64,000 nt of DNA from Thermoanaerobaculia bacterium. Lineage in GTDB: Bacteria > Acidobacteriota > Thermoanaerobaculia > Multivoradales > UBA5704. Every line of letters begins with the position of its first letter. The stretch's first letter is position 1. The stretch is from positions 1 to 64,000 of the forward strand of contig JBGAGQ010000009.1 in assembly GCA_044226625.1 (NCBI GenBank). Reading direction: 5' to 3'. Under the pieces are notes generated by a model, which was not told where the DNA came from, did no database searches, and saw only the letters and a program-made list of their open reading frames with translations. Both the position numbers and the translations under genes were made by a program. Positions 20,485 through 30,395 of this stretch are shown in pieces.

Positions 20485-22223
20485 CTCCCGGCCTCGAGCA
20501 TCATCCAGGCGAACGACGGGAGAGGGACGCCTCGCGGCCTTCCAACCCATCCAGCCGCAGGGTCCCTCTCTTTCTCGACGGACAGGAGGGGAGGCTCCCC
20601 CATCCCCCCCGCCTCCGCTGGCTGGTCCTCCTCCCCACCTTCGCCCTGTTCGCTGCCCACGCGGCCTCCTTCGGCCCGTGGCAGATCGACGACGCGGGGA
20701 TCTCTTTCGCCTACGCGCGAAACCTCGCCCAGGGGCACGGGCTGGTCGCCCAGCCGGGGGTTGCCCCCGTCGAGGGGTACTCGAACCCGCTCTGGGTCTT
20801 CCTGCTCGCGGCGTTCCAGGCCGTTCGGCTGTTCGATCCGCTCTGGACCCCGAAGCTCCTCTCGCTCGGGCTCGGATTCGGAACTTTCGCCCTTCTCGAT
20901 CGGATGCTCGCCCAGGCGGGCGTCGGCGCCCCGCTCTCGGCGGTCGCGCTCGCCCTCCTCGCCCTCCAAAGCGGTTTCGCGATCTGGATGGTCTCAGGCC
21001 TCGAGAACCCGCTCTACGCCTGCCTGTTCGTCGGGCTCGCGCTGCTTTCCTTACGGGAGATCCAGCAGGAGACCACTCCGAGAAACGCGATCGCCGCGGG
21101 TCTCTTGGCCGCGGGCCTCGCGCTCACCCGGCCCGAGGGCGCGCTGTTCGCCGCGCTGTTTCCCTTCGTTCTGGTGCTCTCGAGCCGCCGACGGTTATCT
21201 CGGCTGGGGTTTTATCTCGGGGCGTTCGCCCTGCCGGTTGGCATCCATCTCGCGATCCGCCTCGCCTGGTTCGGAGCCTGGGTGCCGAACACGTTCTACG
21301 CCAAAGGTGGACCGACGCTCGCCACGCTCGGAGGCCTCGCGGCGCTCGACTCGGGCCCGGCCGCCCGGGCTTTCACCCTGCTCCGCGCTACCTTCGGCAA
21401 GCCGGGCGCGTGGGTAGGGGTCGCGGCGCTGCTCGCAATCGGCTATCGCCTCGGCCGCGGTCGGCTCCGCCCCGCTACGTCTCTGCTCCTTATCGCAACC
21501 CTTTTCGCCGCGCTCCCCTATCTGCTGCTGCCTCTCGATTGGATGCCCGAATACCGATTCGCGACACCGTTCTTTCCGGCGATCCTCGCCTTCGGCGCGG
21601 TCCTCGCGACCGACCTCGATCGCTATCTACCGACATCTCGCCACCTCGTCGGAGCGCTCACGGCCGTCGCCCTCGCCGTCTCGGTCCTGTCCTCCACCCT
21701 TCCCCGCAGCCGCCAATTCGCGGCCCGACCGACCGTTCCGTTCGCGACCGTCGAGCAGCGTTACGGGCGGGACTACGACCGATTCGCCGACCTGCTCCAG
21801 GTCCGCCGGGGCTCGATACTCGTCCCCGACGTGGGCGGCACACTCTGGCGCTCGCGCCTCACGGTCTACGACCTCGGCGGCCTCTGCAACCGGACGATCG
21901 CGAAGACCCTGGGCAAAGACGACCCGGCCTTCCACGATTACGTTTTCGGCACCTTGAAGCCGACCTTCATCCATACCCACCAATACTGGACCGTTCGCGC
22001 AAAGCTCGATTCCGACCCGCGATTCGCGCGCGACTACCTGCCGCTGTTCGAGGTGGTCGAGCCGTACGTCACCGCGCGATCGAAAGGAAAGACCTTGCGC
22101 TCGGGAGACTTCGTCCGGCGCGAGGCGGCCGAGGGGCGCCCGGAGGCGGTGATCGCGATCCGCCACGAGCTCGCGGCGAGCTACGCGCTGGAACGAAAAG
22201 CCGCCAGCGGCCGGTCTCGATAA
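20481..22223 (+). CDS. Polytopic GT-C-fold glycosyltransferase-like membrane protein
   Basis: GTG overlaps the lpxL stop (start uncertain); DDAGISFAYARNL..GHGL, VEGYSNPLW, SGLENPL, TRPEG, PNTFYAK, DWM..YRF motifs; many TM segments. Confidence 0.8.
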   Translation: MTPGLEHHPGERRERDASRPSNPSSRRVPLFLDGQEGRLPHPPRLRWLVLLPTFALFAAHAASFGPWQIDDAGISFAYARNLAQGHGLVAQPGVAPVEGYSNPLWVFLLAAFQAVRLFDPLWTPKLLSLGLGFGTFALLDRMLAQAGVGAPLSAVALALLALQSGFAIWMVSGLENPLYACLFVGLALLSLREIQQETTPRNAIAAGLLAAGLALTRPEGALFAALFPFVLVLSSRRRLSRLGFYLGAFALPVGIHLAIRLAWFGAWVPNTFYAKGGPTLATLGGLAALDSGPAARAFTLLRATFGKPGAWVGVAALLAIGYRLGRGRLRPATSLLLIATLFAALPYLLLPLDWMPEYRFATPFFPAILAFGAVLATDLDRYLPTSRHLVGALTAVALAVSVLSSTLPRSRQFAARPTVPFATVEQRYGRDYDRFADLLQVRRGSILVPDVGGTLWRSRLTVYDLGGLCNRTIAKTLGKDDPAFHDYVFGTLKPTFIHTHQYWTVRAKLDSDPRFARDYLPLFEVVEPYVTARSKGKTLRSGDFVRREAAEGRPEAVIAIRHELAASYALERKAASGRSR

Positions 22224-22339
22224 AATCCGGCCGTGGCAACTCCGCCTCTCTTCCCACCGGAAATCGTCGCGGCGATCCGCACGGCAATGATCCTCGGGGG
22301 AGAAGCCTCTCGGGCGACGACGACCGAGCGGGTGCCGCT

Positions 22340-22531
22340 CTAGACGAAAATCTCGGCCACCGCGATCTCGAGACCCGGAAAGAGCGGCGAGGTCAGGCGG
22401 TCGCCGTTTTCAGCCGCCAGCTCGGTCGCCGATCCGTAGCCTTTGAGACCCAGCCGATAGATCTTTACCGTCTCGAGCTCGACATCGAGGATCCAGTACT
22501 CCGGGACCTCGAATCTCTCGCAAAGCTGCTT
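22340..22531 (-). pseudogene. Uma2 (DUF820) endonuclease 3' remnant
   Basis: Hand translation KQLCERFEVPEYWILDVELETVKIYRL...LTSPLFPGLEIAVAEIFV*; an in-frame TGA lies immediately upstream and there is no start. Confidence 0.8.
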
Positions 22532-22611
22532 TCATTTGCGCGGCGACCACTGGCCCATCCCTTGCAGCCGAGCCCCTCCACCCCGCGATTCGGAATCGCG
22601 GTCTCGACCGC

Positions 22612-23457
22612 ATGCGAAGCCTGAGACGACAGAAAATCTGGACTCTTCTGAAGGAGGCTTTCGCCAACTGGGAGCGCCACGGCGCGACGACGCAGAGCGG
22701 CGCGCTGGCGTTCTACTTCCTCACCGCCCTCGCCCCGATCTTGATCCTGGTGATCGCTTTCTCCGGCCTGTTCTTTGGCCGCATCGTGAAGGCGAGCGCC
22801 CGGCCGGACGCCGGATGGATCACCGCGGTGATCGGTACGGTCACGCTCGTCGTGACCGCCACCGGCGCGCTCACCCAGCTGCAGGATGCCCTCAACACCG
22901 TCTGGGAAGTGGAGCCGAAGCCGAAGATGTGGATCCGGCGCCTGCTCAAGAAGCGCCTGCTTTGCCTGCTGCTGATCGTCGGCGTGGGCGGCCTGGTGCT
23001 CTTTTCGCTCGCCGCGAGCGCCGCGATCACGAAGGTCCAGACGGTGCTCGAATCCCGCTTCGAAGGAGGGCTCTCCTCCCTCCTCGGCTGGGGGGACGTG
23101 CTGCTCTCCTGGCTGCTGATGACCCTGCTGCTCGCGATGATCTATCGCGTCCTGCCGGACGTCGACCTCACCTGGCGCGAGGTCGTCTGGGGCTCGACGA
23201 TCACCGCCGCCCTGTTCCTGCTCGGCAAATACGGCATCGGCCTCTATCTGCAAAGCACCGGGGCGACCTCGACCTACGGCGCCGCCGGATCGGTGGTCGG
23301 CGTGCTGCTCTGGATCTACTACTCGTCGTTGATCTTCCTGTTCGGCGCCGAGGTCACCCGCATCCAGTCGAAGCTCTATCGCGACGGGCATCCGCCCGCC
23401 GAGCCGGGAGCGGAGCACGTGCGCACCGTGAAGATTCCCGAGAAGGCCGCGCGATGA
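22612..23457 (+). CDS. yihY: YihY/BrkB family inner-membrane protein
   Basis: GALAFY...LAP, LQDALNTVW, IYRVLPD and STYGAAGS...LLWIYYSS.I.LFGAE motifs. Confidence 0.9.
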   Translation: MRSLRRQKIWTLLKEAFANWERHGATTQSGALAFYFLTALAPILILVIAFSGLFFGRIVKASARPDAGWITAVIGTVTLVVTATGALTQLQDALNTVWEVEPKPKMWIRRLLKKRLLCLLLIVGVGGLVLFSLAASAAITKVQTVLESRFEGGLSSLLGWGDVLLSWLLMTLLLAMIYRVLPDVDLTWREVVWGSTITAALFLLGKYGIGLYLQSTGATSTYGAAGSVVGVLLWIYYSSLIFLFGAEVTRIQSKLYRDGHPPAEPGAEHVRTVKIPEKAAR

Positions 23458-25229
23458 ATTCGATCCGACGCCGGAGGCTCGCGGGCCTGCTGCTTCTCTC
23501 CTCTCTCCTGGCCACCCCGGTCGAGGCCAAGGCTAAAAAGGTCGAGGTCGAGATCGACGGCGTGCGGCGCGAGCTCGAACGAAACGTCCGTTCTCTCCTG
23601 AGCCTCGCGAACCAAGACGACGACTCGCTCGACGAGGCGCGCATCCGCCGCTTGCACGCGAAGGCGCCCGAGGAGATCGGCGAGGCCCTCCAGCCGTTCG
23701 GCTATTACAAGCCTCAAGTCCGCAGCACGCTCGAACAGAACGGAGATCGTTGGGTCGCTCGTTACACGATCGAGGAAGGGCCGGCGATCGGGATCGCGAG
23801 CGTCGACCTGCGGATCGACGGAGAGGGCGGGAACGAGCCCGGTTTTCGGGGGATCGTCACCGATTTCCCGGTGCGCCGCGGCGAGGTGCTGTTCCATCCC
23901 GATTACGAGCAGGGCAAGAAGGAGCTGGTCGACCACGCCGCCGAGGAGGGGTACCTCGACGCGAAATTCGAGACGAGCGAGGTGCGGGTCGACCTCGAGC
24001 GCTATCGGGCGGACGTCGTCGTGCATTTCCAGACCGGACCGCGCTATCGCTTCGGCGACGTGCGGTTCCATCAGGAGGTGCTCGACCCCGACCTCCTGGT
24101 GGGCTACGTCACGTTCAAGAAAGGCGAGCCGCTCGACGTCAACAAGGTCCTCGAGCTCCAAAGCTCGCTCTCCGACAGCCCGTACTGGAGCCGCGTCGAG
24201 GTGGTCACCCGCCAGGAGGAGGCGCAGGGGCTCGAGGTGCCGATCGACGTCGATCTCGTGCCGGCGAAGACCATGCGCTTTTCCGGCGGCATCGGCTACG
24301 GCACGGACACCGGCCCGCGCGTGAGCGGCGCCTGGGAGCTGCGGCGCCTCAACCGCCGCGGCCATCGCGCCGAAACCTCGATCAAGGCGTCACAGATCGA
24401 GCAGAGCTTCGAATCGAGCTATCAAATTCCCGGCGCCTACCCGCGGACCGACGTGCTGTCGTTCAATACGGCCTACGACCGGAAAGACAACGACACGACG
24501 CAGAGCGAAACCGGCCTCATCGGCGCGCAGCGCACGCAGACGCGCGGCGGCTGGCGCGAAGCGATCTCGCTCACCTTCCAGCGGGAAGATTTCACCGTAG
24601 GCCTGGATCACGGGATCTCGAACCTGGTGGTCCCCGGCGTGAGTTACGAGCGAGTGAAGGCCGACGATCGGATCTTCACGACCCAGGGCTATCGGCTGTT
24701 CGGATCGCTCCAGGGCGCCTCGGCGAGTGCGCTTTCGGATTCCTCGTTCGTCCAGGCGTCGATCGAGGCCAAGGCGATCCGCACCGTCGGCGAGCGCAAC
24801 CGGCTGATCGGCCGCGCCCAGGTGGGCTACACCCAGACCGACGAATTCCGCGAGCTGCCGCCCCGCTTCCGTTTCTTCGCCGGCGGCGATCGGAGCGTCC
24901 GAGGGTATGCCTTCGAAGGGCTCGGCGAGCTCGACGAGGCGGGCCATGTGATCGGCGGCGAAGCGCTGCTGACCGGCAGCCTCGAATACGAGTATCGGTT
25001 GGACGACATCCGGCTGTTCGATCGATTCAGCCTCGAAAAGTTCGGCGTCGCGGCGTTCTACGACGCGGGCAACGCCTGCCACGATTTCTCCTGCGAGCTC
25101 GAGCAGGGCGCCGGGGTGGGCCTTCGCTGGCTCTCTCCGATCGGGCCGATTCGCGCCGACGTCGCCTGGGCGCTCACCGAGCCGGGCCATCCCCTTCGCT
25201 TCCACCTCAACATCGGACCGGATCTGTGA
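23454..25229 (+). CDS. tamA: Translocation and assembly module TamA (Omp85 family)
   Basis: ATG overlaps the yihY stop; signal peptide; POTRA region ALQPFGYY; GYGTDTGPR; RFFAGGDRSVRGY; WLSPIGPIRADVA; C-terminal IGPDL. Confidence 0.95.
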   Translation: MNSIRRRRLAGLLLLSSLLATPVEAKAKKVEVEIDGVRRELERNVRSLLSLANQDDDSLDEARIRRLHAKAPEEIGEALQPFGYYKPQVRSTLEQNGDRWVARYTIEEGPAIGIASVDLRIDGEGGNEPGFRGIVTDFPVRRGEVLFHPDYEQGKKELVDHAAEEGYLDAKFETSEVRVDLERYRADVVVHFQTGPRYRFGDVRFHQEVLDPDLLVGYVTFKKGEPLDVNKVLELQSSLSDSPYWSRVEVVTRQEEAQGLEVPIDVDLVPAKTMRFSGGIGYGTDTGPRVSGAWELRRLNRRGHRAETSIKASQIEQSFESSYQIPGAYPRTDVLSFNTAYDRKDNDTTQSETGLIGAQRTQTRGGWREAISLTFQREDFTVGLDHGISNLVVPGVSYERVKADDRIFTTQGYRLFGSLQGASASALSDSSFVQASIEAKAIRTVGERNRLIGRAQVGYTQTDEFRELPPRFRFFAGGDRSVRGYAFEGLGELDEAGHVIGGEALLTGSLEYEYRLDDIRLFDRFSLEKFGVAAFYDAGNACHDFSCELEQGAGVGLRWLSPIGPIRADVAWALTEPGHPLRFHLNIGPDL

Positions 25230-28200
25230 GCGAGCCGGAAGAACCGCTCGAAGAGCAGGACGCCGAGAGGAGCGAGGCCTCCACTCCGCCCCCGCCGCCG
25301 CGCAAGGCGCATCGGCTCCGCCGCTGGCTGCTCGGCGTGCTCGCGCTCGGCCTGATCGCGATCGCGCTACTCGCATGCTTCCTCTGGTACGGGGTTTCGA
25401 CCGAACGGGGCACGCGGATCCTTCTCGGTCGGCTGTCCGGATTCGTCCCCGGAACGCTCGCCCTCGGCGCTACGAGCGGCCGGCTGATCGGTCCGCTCGC
25501 GCTGCGCGACCTGCGCTATGAAAACGAGGGGCTGAAGGTCCGTGTGCAGCGCATCGATCTCGACTGGAATCCCGGCAAGCTCCGCAACCGCCAGCTCGAC
25601 GTCGCGAAGCTGGAGGTCGACGGCGTGCGCGTCGTCCTGCCGCCGCCCGACGCGAAGCCCGAGCCGTCGGACGGTCGCCTGGTACCGATCCACCTGCCGG
25701 TCAATCTGATCGTCCGCGACGCGCTGATCCGCGACGTGGAAATCGCCCAAACCCTTGGACCGCCCGCCGCCGGAAAACCCGCGACGCCTCCCGCCGCGCC
25801 GTTCCGGCTCGACCGGATCGCCCTCGACGCGACGAGCGAACGGAGAAGCGACGTGGTCCACGTACGCAGCCTGGCGGTCGACGGACCGACGTTTTCCCTG
25901 AACGCTCGCGGCGACCTCACGCCGGTGGGCGATTATGCGATCGGGCTGGACGTCCGCGTCCTCTGGCGCGATCCGACCCATCCGCCGTTCGAGGGCGTCG
26001 CTCGCCTGAACGGCACGCTCGAGACGCTCGGAGTCGACGCCCGGCTCGCCCGGCCTTTCGCCGCCTCGGTCAAAGGCAAGGTCCTCACCCCCATGCGGGA
26101 GGTGGGGCTCGATCTCGCCGCCCACGTCGAGAGTTTCGATCCACGCACGATCGATCCGACCTACCCGGCCGCACGCATCCGCCGCGCGGACCTCGCGGTT
26201 CGCGGCGCGCTCGACGACCTCGCCTCGAACGGCCTGGTGATCGGCAGCTACGAAGGGGTCGCCTCGGGCGCCCTCGACTATCGGGTGACGAAGAAGGGCA
26301 ACACGATCGGGATCGAGCGGGCGCATTTCGCCTCGACGCGCAACGCCCTGATCGAGGCGCACGGCACGATCCGCCTCGCCGAGGACCCGCAGTCGACGGA
26401 CGAGACCCGGCTCGACCTGGCGGCCTCCTGGCAGCGCCTGGCCCTGCCGCTCGAAGGAGCGCCGGACGGCGGGGCGCCCGTGGTGGTGAGCCGCGCGGGC
26501 CAGGGCACCCTTCGCGGGCTCCTCGAGGACTACGAGCTGGCCGCGGAGGCCGAGCTGGCCGGTCCGAACCTGCCACCCGGTCGATGGGTCGTCGCGGGGC
26601 ACGGCGACACGTCGAAGATGGACATCCGTTCCCTCCGCGGCGATCTCTTGCGCGGCCGGCTCACCGCGAGCGGCCAGGTGGCCTGGAAGCCCGAGGTTTC
26701 CTGGACCGTAAAAACCCGCGGCACGGGCCTCGACCCCTCGGCGTTCTCGACCGTGGCCGCCGCCAAGGGCTATCCCGGGCGGATCGATTTCTCGGCCACT
26801 TCCTCCGGCACGCTGCGCGACGCCGGGCCGTTCGGAACCGTGGATCTCGAAGCGCTGAGCGGCCAGATCCGCGGCAATCCGCTCGACGGACGGGTCCATC
26901 TGGTCCTCGCGGGCGACCGCTACCGGCTCCCCCGGCTCGACCTGCGCTCCGGCAGCGCGCGGCTCACGGCGGCGGGTTCGTTCACCGCCGACGTCGCCGA
27001 TCTGGAATGGATGCTCGACGCGCCGAACCTCTCCCAGGCGCTGCCCGAAAGCGGCGGCTCTCTCGTCGCGCGAGGCCACCTCGACGGTCCCTGGGCCACG
27101 CCGCGGGTGCGCGCCACGGCCGAAGGCCGGTCGCTCGTGGTCTCGACCTCCAGCGTCGAATCGGCCCGCCTCGCGGCAAACGTCGATCTCCGCCGCCGCG
27201 GCCGGATCTCGATCGACCTCGACGCCACCGGGGTGGCCTCCGGACCGAGGCGGGTCGAGACCCTGCGGCTCACCGGCGCGGGGACCCGGGAGGCGCACGA
27301 GCTCTCCCTCGCGGTCGCCGCCCCGCAAGGAACGCTCGACCTGGCGCTCGCGGGAGGGCTCGCCAGCACGACGACCTGGACCGGAACGATCCGTCGGCTC
27401 GATCTCAAGAACGACCGAGCCGGCAATTGGGGCCTCGCCCAGCCCGCGGCCCTCACCGCGGGCCCAGAACGCGCCGCCCTGCGCGACTTCTGCTGGGTCT
27501 CCGGCGGCGCCCGTCTCTGCGCCCAGGGAGAGTGGTCGAACGGCGGGCCCTGGAACGCCTCGGGCACCATCTACGACCTTCCGTTCTCGCTGTTCGAGCC
27601 GTTCTTCCCCCCAGACCTCGAGATCGCGGGGACGACGAACGGAACCTTCCGCGGCTCGGGATCGGCGCGCGGCGAGATCGTGGCGGACCTCGATCTCGCG
27701 CCGGGTCCCGGGGAGATCCGCTACACGACGTCCGACGGCGAGCCCGCCGCGGTCCGCTTCGACCGCGGCGTGGTCCGCGCGCGGGCCGGAGCGACGGGGC
27801 TCACGGGGCATGCCGAGCTGACCTTCGTCGACACCGGCAACGTGCGCGCCGATCTCGAGCTGCCGGGCTTCAACCAGGTCGGCGCTGCGCTCGATCGCCA
27901 GCCGCTCGGCGGCCGCATCGTCGCCGAGCTCTCGAACCTCGCCCTGCTCGAAGCGTTCGTGCCCGATCTTTCCAACCCCAAAGGAACCCTCTCTGCCGAC
28001 CTGGCCCTTGGCGGCACGGTCGCGAAACCGACGGTGCGCGGCGCGGCCCAGCTCGCGCGCGGCCAAGTAGACGTTCCGGAGTACGGCCTCGAGCTGCGGC
28101 AAATTGAGCTCACCGCGAACAGCCCGGGCACGGGGCCGATCGCGATCCAGGGCAGTGTCCGCTCCGGCGACGGCAATCTGACGATCGCCGGAACGGCCGC

Positions 28201-29251
28201 GCTCGACGGCTCGCCGAGCCGGCTGACGATCGAAGGAAGGCGCTTCCAGGCCGCAAACTCGAAGGAGATCCAGGCGGTGGTCTCGCCGCGGATCCAGGTC
28301 GCCATGCAGGGCTCGAGGGTCGACGTCACCGGGGATGTCGAGGTTCCGAAAGCGAAGTTCGAGCAGGAGAAGAAGAAGCCTGCCGTCGTGCCGGTCTCGA
28401 GCGACGTGGTGATCCTTCCGCCTTCGGAAGAAAAGGTCGAGACGGCATCCTCCGCGCCGCTCGAGATCCATGCCCGGGTCCGCGTCGTCCTCGGCGATCA
28501 GATCGAGATCAAGGCGCTGGGCTTTTCCGGTAAACCCAAGGGGAGCCTGCTGGTGATCGAAGAGCCGGGCAAGGCGACCTCGGCGATCGGCGAGCTGACG
28601 GTTGAGGACGGGGTCTACAAGTCGTACGGCCAGGACCTGAGCCTGGAGCGCGGCCGCCTGATCTTCGCCGGCGGACCGATCGACAACCCGGGTCTCGACT
28701 TGAAGGCGTTCCGCAAAGCCGACGACGGGACGGTCGCGGGAATTAACGTCCGCGGCACGCTGCGCTCTCCGCAAGCCACGCTCTACTCCGAGCCGCCGAT
28801 GGCCGAAAGCGAGGCCCTCGCCTACCTCCTGCTCGGGCACCCGCTCGGCCAGTCGACCGGCGAAGAGGGCAACCTGCTCGCGAACGCCGCCAACAGCCTG
28901 GGGCTCAAAGGCGGCAACCTGCTCGCCAAGAAGCTCGCCGCCCGCTTCGGCCTCGAAGAGGCGCGGATCGAATCGACCGGCGGCATCAAGGAAGCCTCCC
29001 TGGTGGTCGGGAAATACCTCTCGCCGCGCCTCTACGTCACCTACGGCCTCGGCCTCTTCGAGCCGGTCAGTACCTTCCGGATCCGCTACATCCTCGGCCG
29101 GAATTGGTCTCTCCAGGCCGAGCAATCGGGAACCGCGACGGGGGCCGACGCTCTCTACACGGTCGAGCGCGGCAAGGGGCAGAAGACTCCGCAACCGGCC
29201 GACGACCGAGGCGAGCCGGCGAAGGTTCCGACGGAGGGCGGAGGGCGGTAG
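25226..29251 (+). CDS. tamB: Translocation and assembly module TamB
   Basis: GTG overlaps the tamA stop; N-terminal TM anchor, long beta-rich body; C-terminal YGQDL..ERGRLIF.G.IDNPGL, ALAYLLLG and GKYLSPRLYVTY. Confidence 0.93.
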   Translation: MSEPEEPLEEQDAERSEASTPPPPPRKAHRLRRWLLGVLALGLIAIALLACFLWYGVSTERGTRILLGRLSGFVPGTLALGATSGRLIGPLALRDLRYENEGLKVRVQRIDLDWNPGKLRNRQLDVAKLEVDGVRVVLPPPDAKPEPSDGRLVPIHLPVNLIVRDALIRDVEIAQTLGPPAAGKPATPPAAPFRLDRIALDATSERRSDVVHVRSLAVDGPTFSLNARGDLTPVGDYAIGLDVRVLWRDPTHPPFEGVARLNGTLETLGVDARLARPFAASVKGKVLTPMREVGLDLAAHVESFDPRTIDPTYPAARIRRADLAVRGALDDLASNGLVIGSYEGVASGALDYRVTKKGNTIGIERAHFASTRNALIEAHGTIRLAEDPQSTDETRLDLAASWQRLALPLEGAPDGGAPVVVSRAGQGTLRGLLEDYELAAEAELAGPNLPPGRWVVAGHGDTSKMDIRSLRGDLLRGRLTASGQVAWKPEVSWTVKTRGTGLDPSAFSTVAAAKGYPGRIDFSATSSGTLRDAGPFGTVDLEALSGQIRGNPLDGRVHLVLAGDRYRLPRLDLRSGSARLTAAGSFTADVADLEWMLDAPNLSQALPESGGSLVARGHLDGPWATPRVRATAEGRSLVVSTSSVESARLAANVDLRRRGRISIDLDATGVASGPRRVETLRLTGAGTREAHELSLAVAAPQGTLDLALAGGLASTTTWTGTIRRLDLKNDRAGNWGLAQPAALTAGPERAALRDFCWVSGGARLCAQGEWSNGGPWNASGTIYDLPFSLFEPFFPPDLEIAGTTNGTFRGSGSARGEIVADLDLAPGPGEIRYTTSDGEPAAVRFDRGVVRARAGATGLTGHAELTFVDTGNVRADLELPGFNQVGAALDRQPLGGRIVAELSNLALLEAFVPDLSNPKGTLSADLALGGTVAKPTVRGAAQLARGQVDVPEYGLELRQIELTANSPGTGPIAIQGSVRSGDGNLTIAGTAALDGSPSRLTIEGRRFQAANSKEIQAVVSPRIQVAMQGSRVDVTGDVEVPKAKFEQEKKKPAVVPVSSDVVILPPSEEKVETASSAPLEIHARVRVVLGDQIEIKALGFSGKPKGSLLVIEEPGKATSAIGELTVEDGVYKSYGQDLSLERGRLIFAGGPIDNPGLDLKAFRKADDGTVAGINVRGTLRSPQATLYSEPPMAESEALAYLLLGHPLGQSTGEEGNLLANAANSLGLKGGNLLAKKLAARFGLEEARIESTGGIKEASLVVGKYLSPRLYVTYGLGLFEPVSTFRIRYILGRNWSLQAEQSGTATGADALYTVERGKGQKTPQPADDRGEPAKVPTEGGGR

Positions 29252-29256
29252 CCGCC

Positions 29257-30366
29257 CTACGACGATTTGAGCGAAACGAAGATCGCGATGGCGATCAGCA
29301 CCGCCACGACGGCGAAGAAGATCTTCACCGCGCTCCACGGGCGCGTGCCGGCGATCGTTCCGGTGACGCCGTTTACGAGCACTTGGAACACCCGCGCGCC
29401 GTAGGTGTAGGAGACGAGCCAGAGCGGCACCAGGATGTGCTTGAAGGTCTGGCCCGAGTAGTCGGCGTTCACCCGCAGGTTTCGATAGGTGTCGCCTGGA
29501 ATCTGTTGGACGCAGAGCTGCCGTAGCTGGGCATCCATCGACGTTCGGGCGTTCTCGGCCGCAGCGACGAGGTCGATCTGGTACTGCTCGACGACCCAGC
29601 CCGAGACGTACCCCGGATCGTACGGGACGAGCTGCGCCGTCGGGTACGGCTCGACCCGCTGGAGCAGGTTGAGATGCACACCCTTCGTCGCGGGAACCGG
29701 CACGTCGTCGAAGAAGTGATCGAGAGCGCCCGAAGCGGGCACCCAACGGACCTTCTGCACGCGCTCGCTCTTGCCGTTCCGGATCTCGGTCTCGTAGTAG
29801 TAATGGCCGGCCTCGGCCGTCCAGGTCGCCGCCACCTGAGCGTCGAAGGTCCAGTACGGGATGTAAAGGCCGTGGACGCGATCGGTGAGCGCCGCCTTCT
29901 TCAATTTGTTCGGCGCGAACCAGAGGCTGCCGTACCAGCGGCGGACGCTCTCGCGCACCGCCGATTCGGCGACCTTGAACGGCAGCAGGCTCTCCGGAAC
30001 GATCGGCGAGCGAGCCGCCGTCTGCGGCACGATCTGCGGCGAGCCGCAGAACTCGCAGTTCTGGGCGACCCGGTTCGAATCGAACAGCGAGATCGCCTTG
30101 CACGCCTGGCACTGGACCGCCGTGCGGCCGGCGTCCCACCCTTTACGATCGGCGGGCAGGTTGCGCAACGCCGCGGCGAGGTCGTGCTCCTCGATCACGC
30201 TCCCGTCGTCGGCGAGCTTCGCGGGCGAGACCGCTCCGCAGTACGGGCAGACGAGCGCCTGCTTTCCCGGGTTCCACTCGGCCTCCGCGCCGCACGCCGG
30301 GCAGGCGTGCTTACCGAGCGCGGAGATTTCGAGCGGCGGGGCCGAAGTCCCTGGTGTCTGCGACAT
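29257..30366 (-). CDS. Zinc-ribbon membrane protein (YdjG-like partner of SPFH proteins)
   Basis: Four CxxC pairs; YIPYWTFD, HILVPLW and VNGVTG.I.G.RP.S motifs; C-terminal TM. Confidence 0.8.
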   Translation of the reverse strand: MSQTPGTSAPPLEISALGKHACPACGAEAEWNPGKQALVCPYCGAVSPAKLADDGSVIEEHDLAAALRNLPADRKGWDAGRTAVQCQACKAISLFDSNRVAQNCEFCGSPQIVPQTAARSPIVPESLLPFKVAESAVRESVRRWYGSLWFAPNKLKKAALTDRVHGLYIPYWTFDAQVAATWTAEAGHYYYETEIRNGKSERVQKVRWVPASGALDHFFDDVPVPATKGVHLNLLQRVEPYPTAQLVPYDPGYVSGWVVEQYQIDLVAAAENARTSMDAQLRQLCVQQIPGDTYRNLRVNADYSGQTFKHILVPLWLVSYTYGARVFQVLVNGVTGTIAGTRPWSAVKIFFAVVAVLIAIAIFVSLKSS

Positions 30367-30395
30367 GTGTGACTCCGACCCCTAGATCCCGGATC

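Noticed and set aside
25367-30139. 1590-aa minus-strand ORF and other long antisense or alternate-frame ORFs (e.g. 6315-8276, 41595-43979, 39386-41620)
   Set aside because: Shadow ORFs of GC-rich genes: Arg/Gly-rich, motif-free and overlapping well-supported genes.
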